DNA of 64,000 nt from an uncultured virus (IMG/VR IMGVR_UViG_3300034374_009411) (IMGVR_UViG_3300034374_009411), one strand, 5' to 3'. Shown: positions 31,750 through 39,374, numbered from the stretch's first letter. Program-made: numbers and translations. Notes: a model not told the origin generated them from the letters alone.

Positions 31750-32534
31750 CAAATTACGCGAGTCTTTTCGTGTCCAACACGAATACGAGGATCGCACCAA
31801 GTCTCAATACCTGCTTCCTTTGCATCCAGACAGAAGGACACGTCCTCTCCACACATATCCTGAACTGCTCCAGATTCAAAGACTTGCATCTTAGGTGCGA
31901 ACCAGGGGTACTCAAGACGCTCAAAGACGCCATGACGAATCATAACCCATCCAAAACCTGTATAATCAACTGTGAATGGTTTACGACGCTTCGAGATGCT
32001 CTCCACAGTCTCGTGATTCATCACCCCACCATTACGGCGGAAGTCCTCTTCGTCCAACCAGTGGGCAACCGAGGTGGTTTGCCCATCCTCAGTAGCATAC
32101 CAACCAGCGACAATCTCTCGCTCATCCTGAGCATTACCGTCTTTATCTGGTCCAGGTACTGCAAGATCGCACAGTTGCCAGAACTTTTGACTATTAAAAA
32201 CAATGTCATTATCAATCCAAAGTTGATAATCATACTTCAATTTGCCGTCCCAGGGAATTTGATTGGGTCCGCGCAACACGTTTGCACCAAGACACTTACA
32301 ACGTGCAAAGTTAACCATCGATGAGTAGTCCTGTGAGATTTGGATACTCATGTTGTTTTGTACAAGGTCAAAGCATAGTTGCACAAAACTCTTTAGGAAT
32401 GTATAAGAACAACCGCGCCCAGGCAGACAGAACACAATGCTCTTGCCTTGCATACGCTCTTTAATTGCATCATAATCCCAGTCTTCCTTCGGCGCAGTCG
32501 GTGCTGCTGCCTTTACAGTAAATCCTTTTGCCAT
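31749..32534 (-). CDS. Glycosyltransferase-like protein (GT-A fold)
   Basis: WIDNDI (DxD), TGFGWVMI...VFE, GEDVSFC...RVGHEK. Confidence 0.8.
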   Translation of the reverse strand: MAKGFTVKAAAPTAPKEDWDYDAIKERMQGKSIVFCLPGRGCSYTFLKSFVQLCFDLVQNNMSIQISQDYSSMVNFARCKCLGANVLRGPNQIPWDGKLKYDYQLWIDNDIVFNSQKFWQLCDLAVPGPDKDGNAQDEREIVAGWYATEDGQTTSVAHWLDEEDFRRNGGVMNHETVESISKRRKPFTVDYTGFGWVMIRHGVFERLEYPWFAPKMQVFESGAVQDMCGEDVSFCLDAKEAGIETWCDPRIRVGHEKTRVI

Positions 32535-32582
32535 TTTAGAATAATTCTCTCAGATCAATTTTAACAGTTTATATGTAGCAAG

Positions 32583-32750
32583 TCAATATGAAGATTCTGC
32601 CACCATTCTCTTATTTATCTCTAGTTTCTCATACTCATAATTCTCATCATCAAGATTGTCCCACTTCTCACGGAATTCTTCTTCAGTTAATACTGCATAT
32701 AAACATTGATTCCTTTTGTTATAAATGTGATAAACTGTCTGTGATTCCAT
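32583..32750 (-). CDS. Hypothetical protein
   Basis: Probable start MESQTVYH at 32750, downstream of a TATAAT (track start 32801). Confidence 0.7.
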   Translation of the reverse strand: MESQTVYHIYNKRNQCLYAVLTEEEFREKWDNLDDENYEYEKLEINKRMVAESSY

Positions 32751-32760
32751 ACAAAATTCA

Positions 32761-32904
32761 TTATCGGAACGTATTATATATGACCATAATGAGAATTCCA
32801 ATGCTAACTAAAAAACCCTTCGGGTGCTTCGCAATCCAATATGTAAAGATTACTCTCCACATGTTCCAATAAGGTCTTCGGCGGCGCATCATAAAAATTC
32901 TCAT
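32761..32904 (-). CDS. Small putative membrane protein (up to 47 aa)
   Basis: Hand translation MRIFMMRRRRPYWNMWRVIFTYWIAKHPKGFLVSIGILIMVIYNTFR; extended -10 TGCTATAAT at about 32912-32920. Confidence 0.65.
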   Translation of the reverse strand: MRIFMMRRRRPYWNMWRVIFTYWIAKHPKGFLVSIGILIMVIYNTFR

Positions 32905-33106
32905 CAACTCTATTATAGCACCTTTTTACCCGAAAAATTTTCTGCGAGATTTTTTTATATACCTTATAACACACACTCGAATTGTCACCTCTGTAGGTTA
33001 GAGGGACCCGCTCATTATAAACGCAGGGGGCCGCATTAGTATAACTTATCGATCGAATTAACTGCCATAAGGAATGCTGATCAATGAAATGTGTCCGCAC
33101 GAACAA

Positions 33107-33135
33107 TAAAAAACCCCCGCACGAATGCAGGGGTT
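33107..33135 (-). terminator. Intrinsic terminator
   Basis: Minus strand AACCCCTGCA-TTCG-TGCGGGGGTT followed by a T run. Confidence 0.8.
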
Positions 33136-33151
33136 AAGTATACCTAACTCA

Positions 33152-33239
33152 CGGGTCGCTGGGTATAAAGAACTCAGCGACTCTAAGTGTTGCTCTCACG
33201 CATAAAAGGGTCGCTGAGTTCTTTATACCCAGCGACCCG
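33152..33239. repeat. Perfect 30-bp inverted repeat whose arms are themselves hairpins
   Basis: 33152-33181 cgggtcgctgggtataaagaactcagcgac is the reverse complement of 33210-33239; 28-nt spacer. Confidence 0.95.
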
Positions 33240-33250
33240 CTAAATGTAAC

Positions 33251-33508
33251 TTAGTGTGCCATTACGATGTAACGGAAGAATGTACCTTCTGCCAATTCTT
33301 CATCACTAGCGTCACAAATAGCAGTCCACGCAGGAACACTATTCGGACAATATACATCAACAGAATCTACAACGTCATCAGGAATAGCGTCAATTGTTGC
33401 TCCAAACCGCGCCCATAGTGTGCGGTTGCTAAGATCAAAATCGAACGATTCATCAATCGCAGCAATCCAATCGGTTTCAGATTGCAGTTCGGAGATGGTA
33501 AGTGCCAT
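33251..33508 (-). CDS. Early hypothetical acidic protein
   Basis: 85-aa ORF on the coding strand. Confidence 0.7.
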   Translation of the reverse strand: MALTISELQSETDWIAAIDESFDFDLSNRTLWARFGATIDAIPDDVVDSVDVYCPNSVPAWTAICDASDEELAEGTFFRYIVMAH

Positions 33509-33563
33509 GAGAATTGAAAGAATCAGGGTGTGAGATAAGGGGGACGATTGTCCCCCGATTGTT

Positions 33564-33698
33564 CTATTCTTCGGGACCGAAAGCGCACTCTAGAGAGTAC
33601 ATTTCCAGTTCCTGATCATCATCATAAACTGCCTGCCAATCCTCATCAGTGGGAGTGTAGATTTCTTCAATCTGCTGCTGATCAGTGAAAGGATTCAT
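33564..33698 (-). CDS. Early acidic peptide (44 aa)
   Basis: Hand translation MNPFTDQQQIEEIYTPTDEDWQAVYDDDQELEMYSLECAFGPEE; -10 TATCAT upstream. Confidence 0.7.
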   Translation of the reverse strand: MNPFTDQQQIEEIYTPTDEDWQAVYDDDQELEMYSLECAFGPEE

Positions 33699-33770
33699 GG
33701 GGTTGTCTGTGTGGGACTTGATCATGATAGCGACTAGGGGGGCACCCCGTAGGGTGCCCGTTACCTTTGT

Positions 33771-34052
33771 TCACACTACAGCGGCGGCGATCAGATCACG
33801 CTTGCGACGGGTGGAGGGCATGGAAAACCAGAGGTCCCGCTTGCCAGTTTTCTGATTTCGGGTTGCTGCCAGTTGCCCACGGGTTTCCAGATCCACCAGC
33901 ACGGCGTGGATGGTGCCCTTGTGGCGCTTAGGATCAAGACCCATGGCGCGAACTAGGTCGGTGCCTGTCATCGGACCTTTCTTGATCAGGATGCTGCGGG
34001 CAGCGATGCGGATCGCGGTGTGGAAGCAACGGTCGATTGCGGTGATGATCAT
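33771..34052 (-). CDS. Putative winged-helix DNA-binding protein
   Basis: GPMTGTDLVRAMGL...TIHAVLVDLETRGQL...DLW pattern. Confidence 0.6.
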   Translation of the reverse strand: MIITAIDRCFHTAIRIAARSILIKKGPMTGTDLVRAMGLDPKRHKGTIHAVLVDLETRGQLAATRNQKTGKRDLWFSMPSTRRKRDLIAAAVV

Positions 34053-34102
34053 GGTCTGGGTTGGGTTGTGCGGGTGTGTCCCGCGTGATCTAATGATAAC
34101 GC

Positions 34103-34267
34103 CTAGAGGGTCACCTGCCAGGTCGTCGGAGCGGGTTTGTCACAATCTGAAATAATGAAAAGTTGTGAGAGAAAGTGTTGCCATTCAGCATCAGTCATCA
34201 CCACACAATTCTTTTCATCAAGTTCGCGTTGTGCGCGTTCGGAAAGTTTCAAGCGGAGATCTTTCAT
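34103..34267 (-). CDS. Early hypothetical peptide (54 aa)
   Basis: Hand translation MKDLRLKLSERAQRELDEKNCVVMTDAEWQHFLSQLF... Confidence 0.5.
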   Translation of the reverse strand: MKDLRLKLSERAQRELDEKNCVVMTDAEWQHFLSQLFIISDCDKPAPTTWQVTL

Positions 34268-34277
34268 TGTTCTGATG

Positions 34278-34439
34278 TCAGTTTTTTGTGGACTTGAAAG
34301 TTACAACCTCAGCAGGAGATCCGCAGGAGCGATAGAAATCAACCATACGGTTTGCCTCATCAATAGTGGCAAATGTTTGCTCTCTCCACTCACAAGAATT
34401 GTAGGGAGTTTGGTAGCGAATAGTGATGCCGATTGCCAT
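34278..34439 (-). CDS. Early hypothetical peptide (53 aa)
   Basis: Hand translation MAIGITIRYQTPYNSCEWREQTFATIDEANRMVDFYRSCGSPAEVVTFKSTKN; preferred over the other-frame track ORF 34301..34489. Confidence 0.7.
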   Translation of the reverse strand: MAIGITIRYQTPYNSCEWREQTFATIDEANRMVDFYRSCGSPAEVVTFKSTKN

Positions 34440-34490
34440 GATGTTAAGGTGAAGAATGGGAGGGGGATTGCTCCCCCTAAGTGTTTCAAA

Positions 34491-34667
34491 TCAGGCGGTG
34501 ATTTCCATCCACTTGATCGGTTGAATAGTTCCCATTTTCCAGATGGTAACTTTTCTCCCGTGCAGTTCTACACTCCAATCGAATGCAGCATCCCTGGCAG
34601 AATCGAAATCAGAAAACATTTCGATCATTGCCTCGTTAAAGTTGAAATCAGGACCGATTGCCCACAT
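34491..34667 (-). CDS. Early hypothetical protein
   Basis: Probable start MWAIGP, downstream of a TTGAAA-containing promoter (track start 34736). Confidence 0.65.
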   Translation of the reverse strand: MWAIGPDFNFNEAMIEMFSDFDSARDAAFDWSVELHGRKVTIWKMGTIQPIKWMEITA

Positions 34668-34744
34668 GATGCTCGTTTGGGTTGTGCGAGGTCCGTTGCC
34701 TCGCTTGAATGTATATTTGCACCGATCGGGGTGCATTTCAAGCG

Positions 34745-34942
34745 TTAGTGTGCGCTTTGCCGATTGGCACGTACCTTTGCAATTGTTTTCTTTATGTTTG
34801 CAATTGCGCGATGATCGCTGATAGTTTTGGCGGTGACAATTTGCACACCGTCAGCATCACGCCAAACATAATGTTTCTTCTCACGGACTAGTTCAAATCC
34901 GCAGGATTTCATGTACTCTTTTAGAATGTTTTTGGTTTTCAT
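34745..34942 (-). CDS. HicA-like small RNA-binding / RNase protein
   Basis: GFELVREKKHYVW...VT...SD.RAI.NI; size and pattern of the HicA fold. Confidence 0.6.
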   Translation of the reverse strand: MKTKNILKEYMKSCGFELVREKKHYVWRDADGVQIVTAKTISDHRAIANIKKTIAKVRANRQSAH

Positions 34943-34977
34943 GATAAAGAATGGGGGGCAATCGCCCCCCTGTTAGG

Positions 34978-35592
34978 TTAGATCAAACCCTTGTGAATGC
35001 GACGGTATGCAACCCATGTGATCGCTTGAATTTGCGATGCTAGGTGTACCTTACCTGTCACCTCAGAGATTAACTTAGCAGCGTCACGGTAAGCATCTTG
35101 AATCTTACCGAAAGTCTTGTCTGACATAGCAGGAACCGCTTTCAGGTTAGAAACACTGCCGTTCCAAACATTGTAGGCGTGACCATCAATGCAAGGCGTG
35201 TCACTTTTACCATCAGTGGCAATACAGAGAAAAAATGCGATAGTTTTGTTGCCACGCAATACTTTCACAATTTGCTCCCTTTTAAGTTGCAAATCAAGAA
35301 TCATGATCGCCTTATCTTTGTTTGCAGAGTAACTACAAACAGAGACAGAATTGTAGGGGATTTCATATGCCCAGGCACGCAACATTGCCTCAGCATCCTC
35401 TACATTTCTTTCCCACTTATTGTTTGGGGAAAGTGCAGCGATCACACCTGCCACGATGTCAGAATCGACACCATACTTTTCGCCAAGGTCAACACAAACG
35501 CCATAGGCGTTGCTGTACCATTGCAGACCTATTTGGCGATCGAGAGTGTTGCTCTGGAAATACATCGCAACGATCGAATCAGTGTGTGCCAT
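34978..35592 (-). CDS. Phage protein with LSP...WxxN, IDxHA and QAxTW motifs; possible HhH DNA-glycosylase-like fold
   Basis: GLQWY, AALSPNNKWERN, KTIAF, CIDGHA, IQAITWV; own promoter TTGACT-17-AATACT. Confidence 0.55.
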   Translation of the reverse strand: MAHTDSIVAMYFQSNTLDRQIGLQWYSNAYGVCVDLGEKYGVDSDIVAGVIAALSPNNKWERNVEDAEAMLRAWAYEIPYNSVSVCSYSANKDKAIMILDLQLKREQIVKVLRGNKTIAFFLCIATDGKSDTPCIDGHAYNVWNGSVSNLKAVPAMSDKTFGKIQDAYRDAAKLISEVTGKVHLASQIQAITWVAYRRIHKGLI

Positions 35593-35618
35593 GTCGTGAA
35601 ATGAATTTCGACCCTCAA

Positions 35619-35647
35619 AGTATTGCAGCGATCCGCTGCAAAGTCAA
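35619..35647 (-). promoter_or_regulatory. Sigma70-like early promoter
   Basis: TTGACT-N17-AATACT with the spacer palindrome GCAGCG-GAT-CGCTGC. Confidence 0.75.
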
Positions 35648-35704
35648 CAGGTTTTAGATCAGCAACGCTTATCAGTGACATCAGAAATACTTATAGCCCA
35701 GGGG

Positions 35705-35734
35705 TTGACTTTAGGGGCACACTGCCCCTACGCT
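35705..35734 (+). promoter_or_regulatory. Sigma70-like antisense promoter
   Basis: TTGACT-N18-TACGCT with the spacer palindrome GGGGCA-CAC-TGCCCC. Confidence 0.55.
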
Positions 35735-35772
35735 AGAGGGCGGGAGGGGTGGGAAGCACAATAAAAAATATA

Positions 35773-35800
35773 AAAAAATACCACGCCGAAGGCGTGGTAT
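35773..35800 (-). terminator. Intrinsic terminator
   Basis: Minus strand ATACCACGCC-TTC-GGCGTGGTAT followed by a T run. Confidence 0.85.
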
Positions 35801-35858
35801 GATACAACCCACTTACTTACAAATCAATCACACAAACTATACAATAGGCATTCTCCGT

Positions 35859-36047
35859 TTAGTTTAACATCCAATGGGGGTCATTGTTGACATTAACCCA
35901 GAAGAAGTTGCGATTGTTTGCACTTCTTAAGAATAGCATGTCGCCTTTAACCTGTTCAATGATACAGGTTCCGTCACATCCCATTAGATTAGCAAAACGG
36001 TTTTTTGCTTTGCTAGATTTTGGCGTGACGGTTGCCAGGGTGTCCAT
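35859..36047 (-). CDS. Early hypothetical protein
   Basis: V.PKSSKAKNRFAN.M; resembles the ORF at 60486..60680. Confidence 0.75.
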   Translation of the reverse strand: MDTLATVTPKSSKAKNRFANLMGCDGTCIIEQVKGDMLFLRSANNRNFFWVNVNNDPHWMLN

Positions 36048-36220
36048 CAGAATTCAATTGGTTGATCTGTTGGTTGAATTGTAGCACACTTTGTCATGTA
36101 CTTATGAATCTTCTGATCCATTGATGGAGTCTCCTCAGAAGTAAGATTCTCAAGAATCCAGAGGATCTCAGAACCAGTTTGACCTTTCTTCAAAAGAGTA
36201 GTCATCATTTCAGTAGACAT
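36047..36220 (-). CDS. Early hypothetical peptide (57 aa)
   Basis: Hand translation MSTEMMTTLLKKGQTGSEILWILENLT...; TGATG overlap with the next gene. Confidence 0.65.
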   Translation of the reverse strand: MSTEMMTTLLKKGQTGSEILWILENLTSEETPSMDQKIHKYMTKCATIQPTDQPIEF

Positions 36221-36243
36221 AATTGAATCCTTAGATGACGTGA

Positions 36244-36305
36244 ATTTAGTCGAGATTAATTGATTGATACTCGACGAGATAATTTGATGATTACCTCGTC
36301 GAGAT
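36244..36305. repeat. Three degenerate copies of the ATCTCG-N-CGAGAT palindrome
   Basis: 36244, 36268 and 36293 (24-25 bp period), intergenic. Confidence 0.75.
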
Positions 36306-36314
36306 TTTCTACAC

Positions 36315-36575
36315 TCAGGCAGTCACGATTTGCAGAGTGCCATCCTTGATCTGGCAGTTGATGAAGGAACCAACGCTCTCACCCAGGCGGATCACCTCAT
36401 TGGCATCCTGTTGGAAGCGAGCAGGATCCTGCACAGTGTAGTTGTAATTGCGTCCGCCCTTAAAGGTCACGGTCACGTTACCATCATCCATGATGCTCAG
36501 GGCATCAAGGGCAGAGGAGGTGAAGGTGGAGACTTCCAGAGCGGTAGGAGCAACAGGGGTAGCAGTCATGATCAT
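36315..36575 (-). CDS. KTSC-like domain protein
   Basis: SSAL..L......VTVTFKGGRNYNYTV...SVGSFIN..IK. Confidence 0.6.
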   Translation of the reverse strand: MIMTATPVAPTALEVSTFTSSALDALSIMDDGNVTVTFKGGRNYNYTVQDPARFQQDANEVIRLGESVGSFINCQIKDGTLQIVTA

Positions 36576-36683
36576 AAAAAAATAAAGGTTTGAGTGAAGT
36601 GTTTTGAGCGGGATGCTTCACCCCCGCTGATGCAATCAGTATAGCATGGACTGGTTGGGGGGTGGAACCCCCCTTGTGCCAGT

Positions 36684-36935
36684 TTAGAGATCGGTCAGCA
36701 TCTCATCCAGGGCAGCGGTGTCGATGGTGGGATCCATCCAGCGAGCACCATCAGGAGTCATCTGACCCCACATGATTTCCAGACGGGGAATCAGGGAGTC
36801 GTAGGAGTCATAACGCTGAGCGACCCGATAGGTTTCGTAGTCGTTCTGAATCCAGAGGGACACGTTCCAGGTTGCCCAGTTCTTCCAACCGTTGAAGTCG
36901 GTGCGCTCAGGGATCAGAGAAGTGAGGCGGTCCAT
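36684..36935 (-). CDS. Early hypothetical phage protein
   Basis: FNGWKNWATWNVSLWIQND motif; promoter TTGACT-17-TATTGT at about 36957-36985. Confidence 0.8.
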   Translation of the reverse strand: MDRLTSLIPERTDFNGWKNWATWNVSLWIQNDYETYRVAQRYDSYDSLIPRLEIMWGQMTPDGARWMDPTIDTAALDEMLTDL

Positions 36936-36997
36936 GTGTTTGTTTGAACTGAGGTCACAATAGGACGGATGGGGGGCAGAGTCAACCCCCTGACTGA

Positions 36998-37725
36998 TTA
37001 GTTTTCCTGATCCTCCAACAGTTCAGGATAATAATCTTTAATCTCAGTGATTAGTTCTTCTTGAGTGTAATCAGTGAGATTTTCTACCAATGTGTCATAA
37101 ACAAAACATTCCATTGTTTTCATGTCCATGCTATCCAGCAGTTGCTGAGCATAGGAATGAATCAGATCTTCTTTGTTCATGTCAGAATGAGAGGTAGGGA
37201 TGATCAGAGTCTAACTCCTGATTGGTGTCGGATGCGGTGAGAAGTGTTGTGATGGGATAATACTCATCAGCATCTGGATCATACACCATAGGAGTGCAGT
37301 CTAGTTGCTCTGCTGTCATAGACTGTAACATGATCAAAAGATCTTTGTAAGTCTGACAACCGTAGGGTGCATTAGGTGTCATTTGAGAATAATGCGATAA
37401 TCTACAGATTTGACGCACCATCCTGATGCAGTGCTGATCTCATCCATGAGATCTTCTTCATCATCAGCATCCCAGAATTGACCGACATAAACATCACTAA
37501 GACGTTCTTCTGTCATGATCTGATCTGATTCTGACCAATCATCCTCACAATCGAGAGAACAATCGAATTGAATTGAAGTGATTTGATACTTCATGATACT
37601 TGCGTGCGCGTCTCGTCGAGATTTTCTGAACAAAGAAATTCTAGCATGTAGTAATCTACCGTGACTTCTTTCGCCGCGGCCAATTCCTCAAGAGCAGAGT
37701 CAAATGCAGCGTCAAGTTCGTTCAT
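36998..37725 (-). other. Cluster of four small acidic early ORFs (36998..37180, 37182..about 37382, 37379..37594, 37591..37725)
   Basis: Abutting or ATGA-overlapping ORFs; 37591..37725 (MNELDAAFDSALEEL...) translated by hand. Confidence 0.7.
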
Positions 37726-37793
37726 TGGAGTGGTGTGAACTGAAGTAATTATTGCACCCCCCAGGTGGTTCTGGGGGGATTGGTGGACAGTGC

Positions 37794-38315
37794 TCAGACC
37801 GTCACAAGAGATCCTTTGCCAACAGTCAGTGGTTCCTCTGTAAGGAAGTCATACTCAGCGGTGTTAGTGTCACCCCATCCCAACTTCCAACACTGCCAAC
37901 CATCACCAGGAGTGAACAGATAGCACCACTCTTCTCCACAATTACCACTGAGGAAGTCATCGAAGTCGCCAATCTTAGGGGGAGCATCCTCACCTCGCTC
38001 ACTGTAATACAGGGGCGAAGGTGTTGCTTTCACTGGAGAATAGACCCAGTTGTCATCAGCATCACGCATGTAATCGACGGTCTTTGTACCATCAGCATGG
38101 TGAATTGTTTGCTTCAACGGTGCAGATTCCCACATGTGGGTAGAGTGAAGCGAGGACATATCGCCACCGTTGATGAGTTCTTCTACCTGTTCTTTATAAA
38201 GGTAGTTGTCAATTAGTTTGCGACCAGTATACTGAATGTAACCGTCATAATGACAGTAAACACTGATGATCTGATCAGGACCGAGGGCAAGACCGATGCG
38301 AGAGCGAGTTCCCAT
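37794..38315 (-). CDS. Conserved-type phage hypothetical protein
   Basis: Start reassigned to MGTRSRIG...SVYCHYDGY...GGDMSSL...EEWCYLF; promoter TGGACA-16-TACACT upstream. Confidence 0.8.
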   Translation of the reverse strand: MGTRSRIGLALGPDQIISVYCHYDGYIQYTGRKLIDNYLYKEQVEELINGGDMSSLHSTHMWESAPLKQTIHHADGTKTVDYMRDADDNWVYSPVKATPSPLYYSERGEDAPPKIGDFDDFLSGNCGEEWCYLFTPGDGWQCWKLGWGDTNTAEYDFLTEEPLTVGKGSLVTV

Positions 38316-38383
38316 GGGTTGTGAGTGGGGTGAACTGGAATCAGTGTAGCAGATTTGGGGGTGGTGTCCACCCCCTGAGGGAA

Positions 38384-38557
38384 TCAGTAGCGAGAATCCT
38401 CCAAGGTCTCCTTGAAGACCTGACTGACCTCCTCCCAGTGGTAGTCCTTCAGAGGACCGCACTGGTCTTCCATCCAATCATACACCATGCACCAGTCGGC
38501 GTCCATTTCTAGGACGAACTGAGGCAGGGACTGGAGAGCGGACTTAAAAGTGGTCAT
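38384..38557 (-). CDS. Early hypothetical peptide
   Basis: Start reassigned to MTTFKS; promoter TTGCCA-17-TAATAT at about 38581-38609. Confidence 0.7.
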   Translation of the reverse strand: MTTFKSALQSLPQFVLEMDADWCMVYDWMEDQCGPLKDYHWEEVSQVFKETLEDSRY

Positions 38558-38766
38558 GACCCGTTGGGTGAACTGCACAAATATTACCAACCCCTCCAAC
38601 CCCTGGCAACCGCTTCCGAACCACCTCACAGACTGTCACAGGCACCTCTCACAGCGTTTTAAAAGTCGTTATAATCTATGGACAATCAGCACCAACGGCA
38701 GTGGGGTAACTGCCTGATCAATGCATCGTCACTCAACTTGCAATATTTTTTTATAAAAAACATTAA

Positions 38767-38816
38767 GAAAAAACCCATTAATGTGTGCCATCCCACAAAC
38801 ACACACTAATGGGTTA
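38767..38816 (-). terminator. Probable intrinsic terminator
   Basis: aacccattaatgtgtg / cacacactaatgggtt stem followed by a T run on the minus strand. Confidence 0.65.
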
Positions 38817-38852
38817 TTATAATATGTTAAGAAGTAGTTATGGTGTACCCAC

Positions 38853-39026
38853 TCACCAATTCGTAGCGTCTAGTTCTTCAACATATGCACTCACGGTCTC
38901 ATCACCCTCCAGTTGGAACACGTCATCATAATTGATTTGATGAGCATCAAAATCGTCACGAACTTCGAATTCTAAAGTAACACGAACTTTGCGCTTTTGT
39001 GCTGCGTGGTAAACTGAAGATGCCAT
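38853..39026 (-). CDS. Early hypothetical peptide (57 aa)
   Basis: Hand translation MASSVYHAAQKRKVRVTLEFEVRDDFDAHQINYDDVFQLEGDETVSAYVEELDATNW. Confidence 0.75.
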   Translation of the reverse strand: MASSVYHAAQKRKVRVTLEFEVRDDFDAHQINYDDVFQLEGDETVSAYVEELDATNW

Positions 39027-39050
39027 GAGAACCTTTGTGCGAACAGTGAT

Positions 39051-39079
39051 ATTATACTATGAGATTTAATATCCGTCAA
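39051..39079 (-). promoter_or_regulatory. Strong sigma70-like promoter
   Basis: TTGACG-N17-TATAAT. Confidence 0.85.
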
Positions 39080-39156
39080 CGCATGAACGTGACAATCACG
39101 ATGATATTTAGAATGTTATAATGATCTTATGATTGATATTATGATGATTCGCACAC

Positions 39157-39238
39157 ATCTCGTCGAGATTTATATGATTGATATATGATTGATGACGCAC
39201 ATCTCGTCGAGATTGTCAAGTGCGCGTCTCGTCGAGAT
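39157..39238. repeat. Three ATCTCG-T-CGAGAT palindromes
   Basis: Copies at 39157, 39201 and 39226 (the last has one mismatch). Confidence 0.9.
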
Positions 39239-39273
39239 TTGTGAGACCCCTCATATATTTTTCTTCGCGGTTC

Positions 39274-39302
39274 TTGTATTTTTTTCGCGGTTGTGCTATA
39301 AT
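39274..39302 (+). promoter_or_regulatory. Sigma70-like antisense promoter with extended -10
   Basis: TTGTAT-N17-TATAAT with TG-n-TATAAT; no ORF downstream. Confidence 0.75.
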
Positions 39303-39374
39303 ACGCGGTCCAAGATCACAAGGATCTAGAGGATCTAGAAGATTTATAAGAGATTTTAGATCATATTTATAACA

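Noticed and set aside
32808..32826. Terminator-like ACCC-GAA-GGGT plus T run
   Set aside because: Very short stem, and it lies inside the probable ORF 32761..32904
32804..33106. 100-aa minus-strand track ORF
   Set aside because: Spans a promoter and non-coding-looking DNA; a better small ORF (32761..32904) lies in another frame
34301..34489. 62-aa track ORF
   Set aside because: Crosses an intergenic hairpin; the alternative frame 34278..34439 looks like the real gene
33040..35640. HIP1 (GCGATCGC) enrichment
   Set aside because: Only partial CGATCG or GATCGC matches were noticed, no exact octamer
38678..38809. 43-aa plus-strand ORF after TATAAT
   Set aside because: The ATG is only 2 nt from the -10, so it would lie upstream of the transcription start, and the ORF runs through a terminator hairpin
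36244..39240. CRISPR-like or mini-array reading of the ATCTCGTCGAGAT repeats
   Set aside because: Repeats are only about 13 bp, spacers are short, irregular and low-complexity, and no cas genes are in the window
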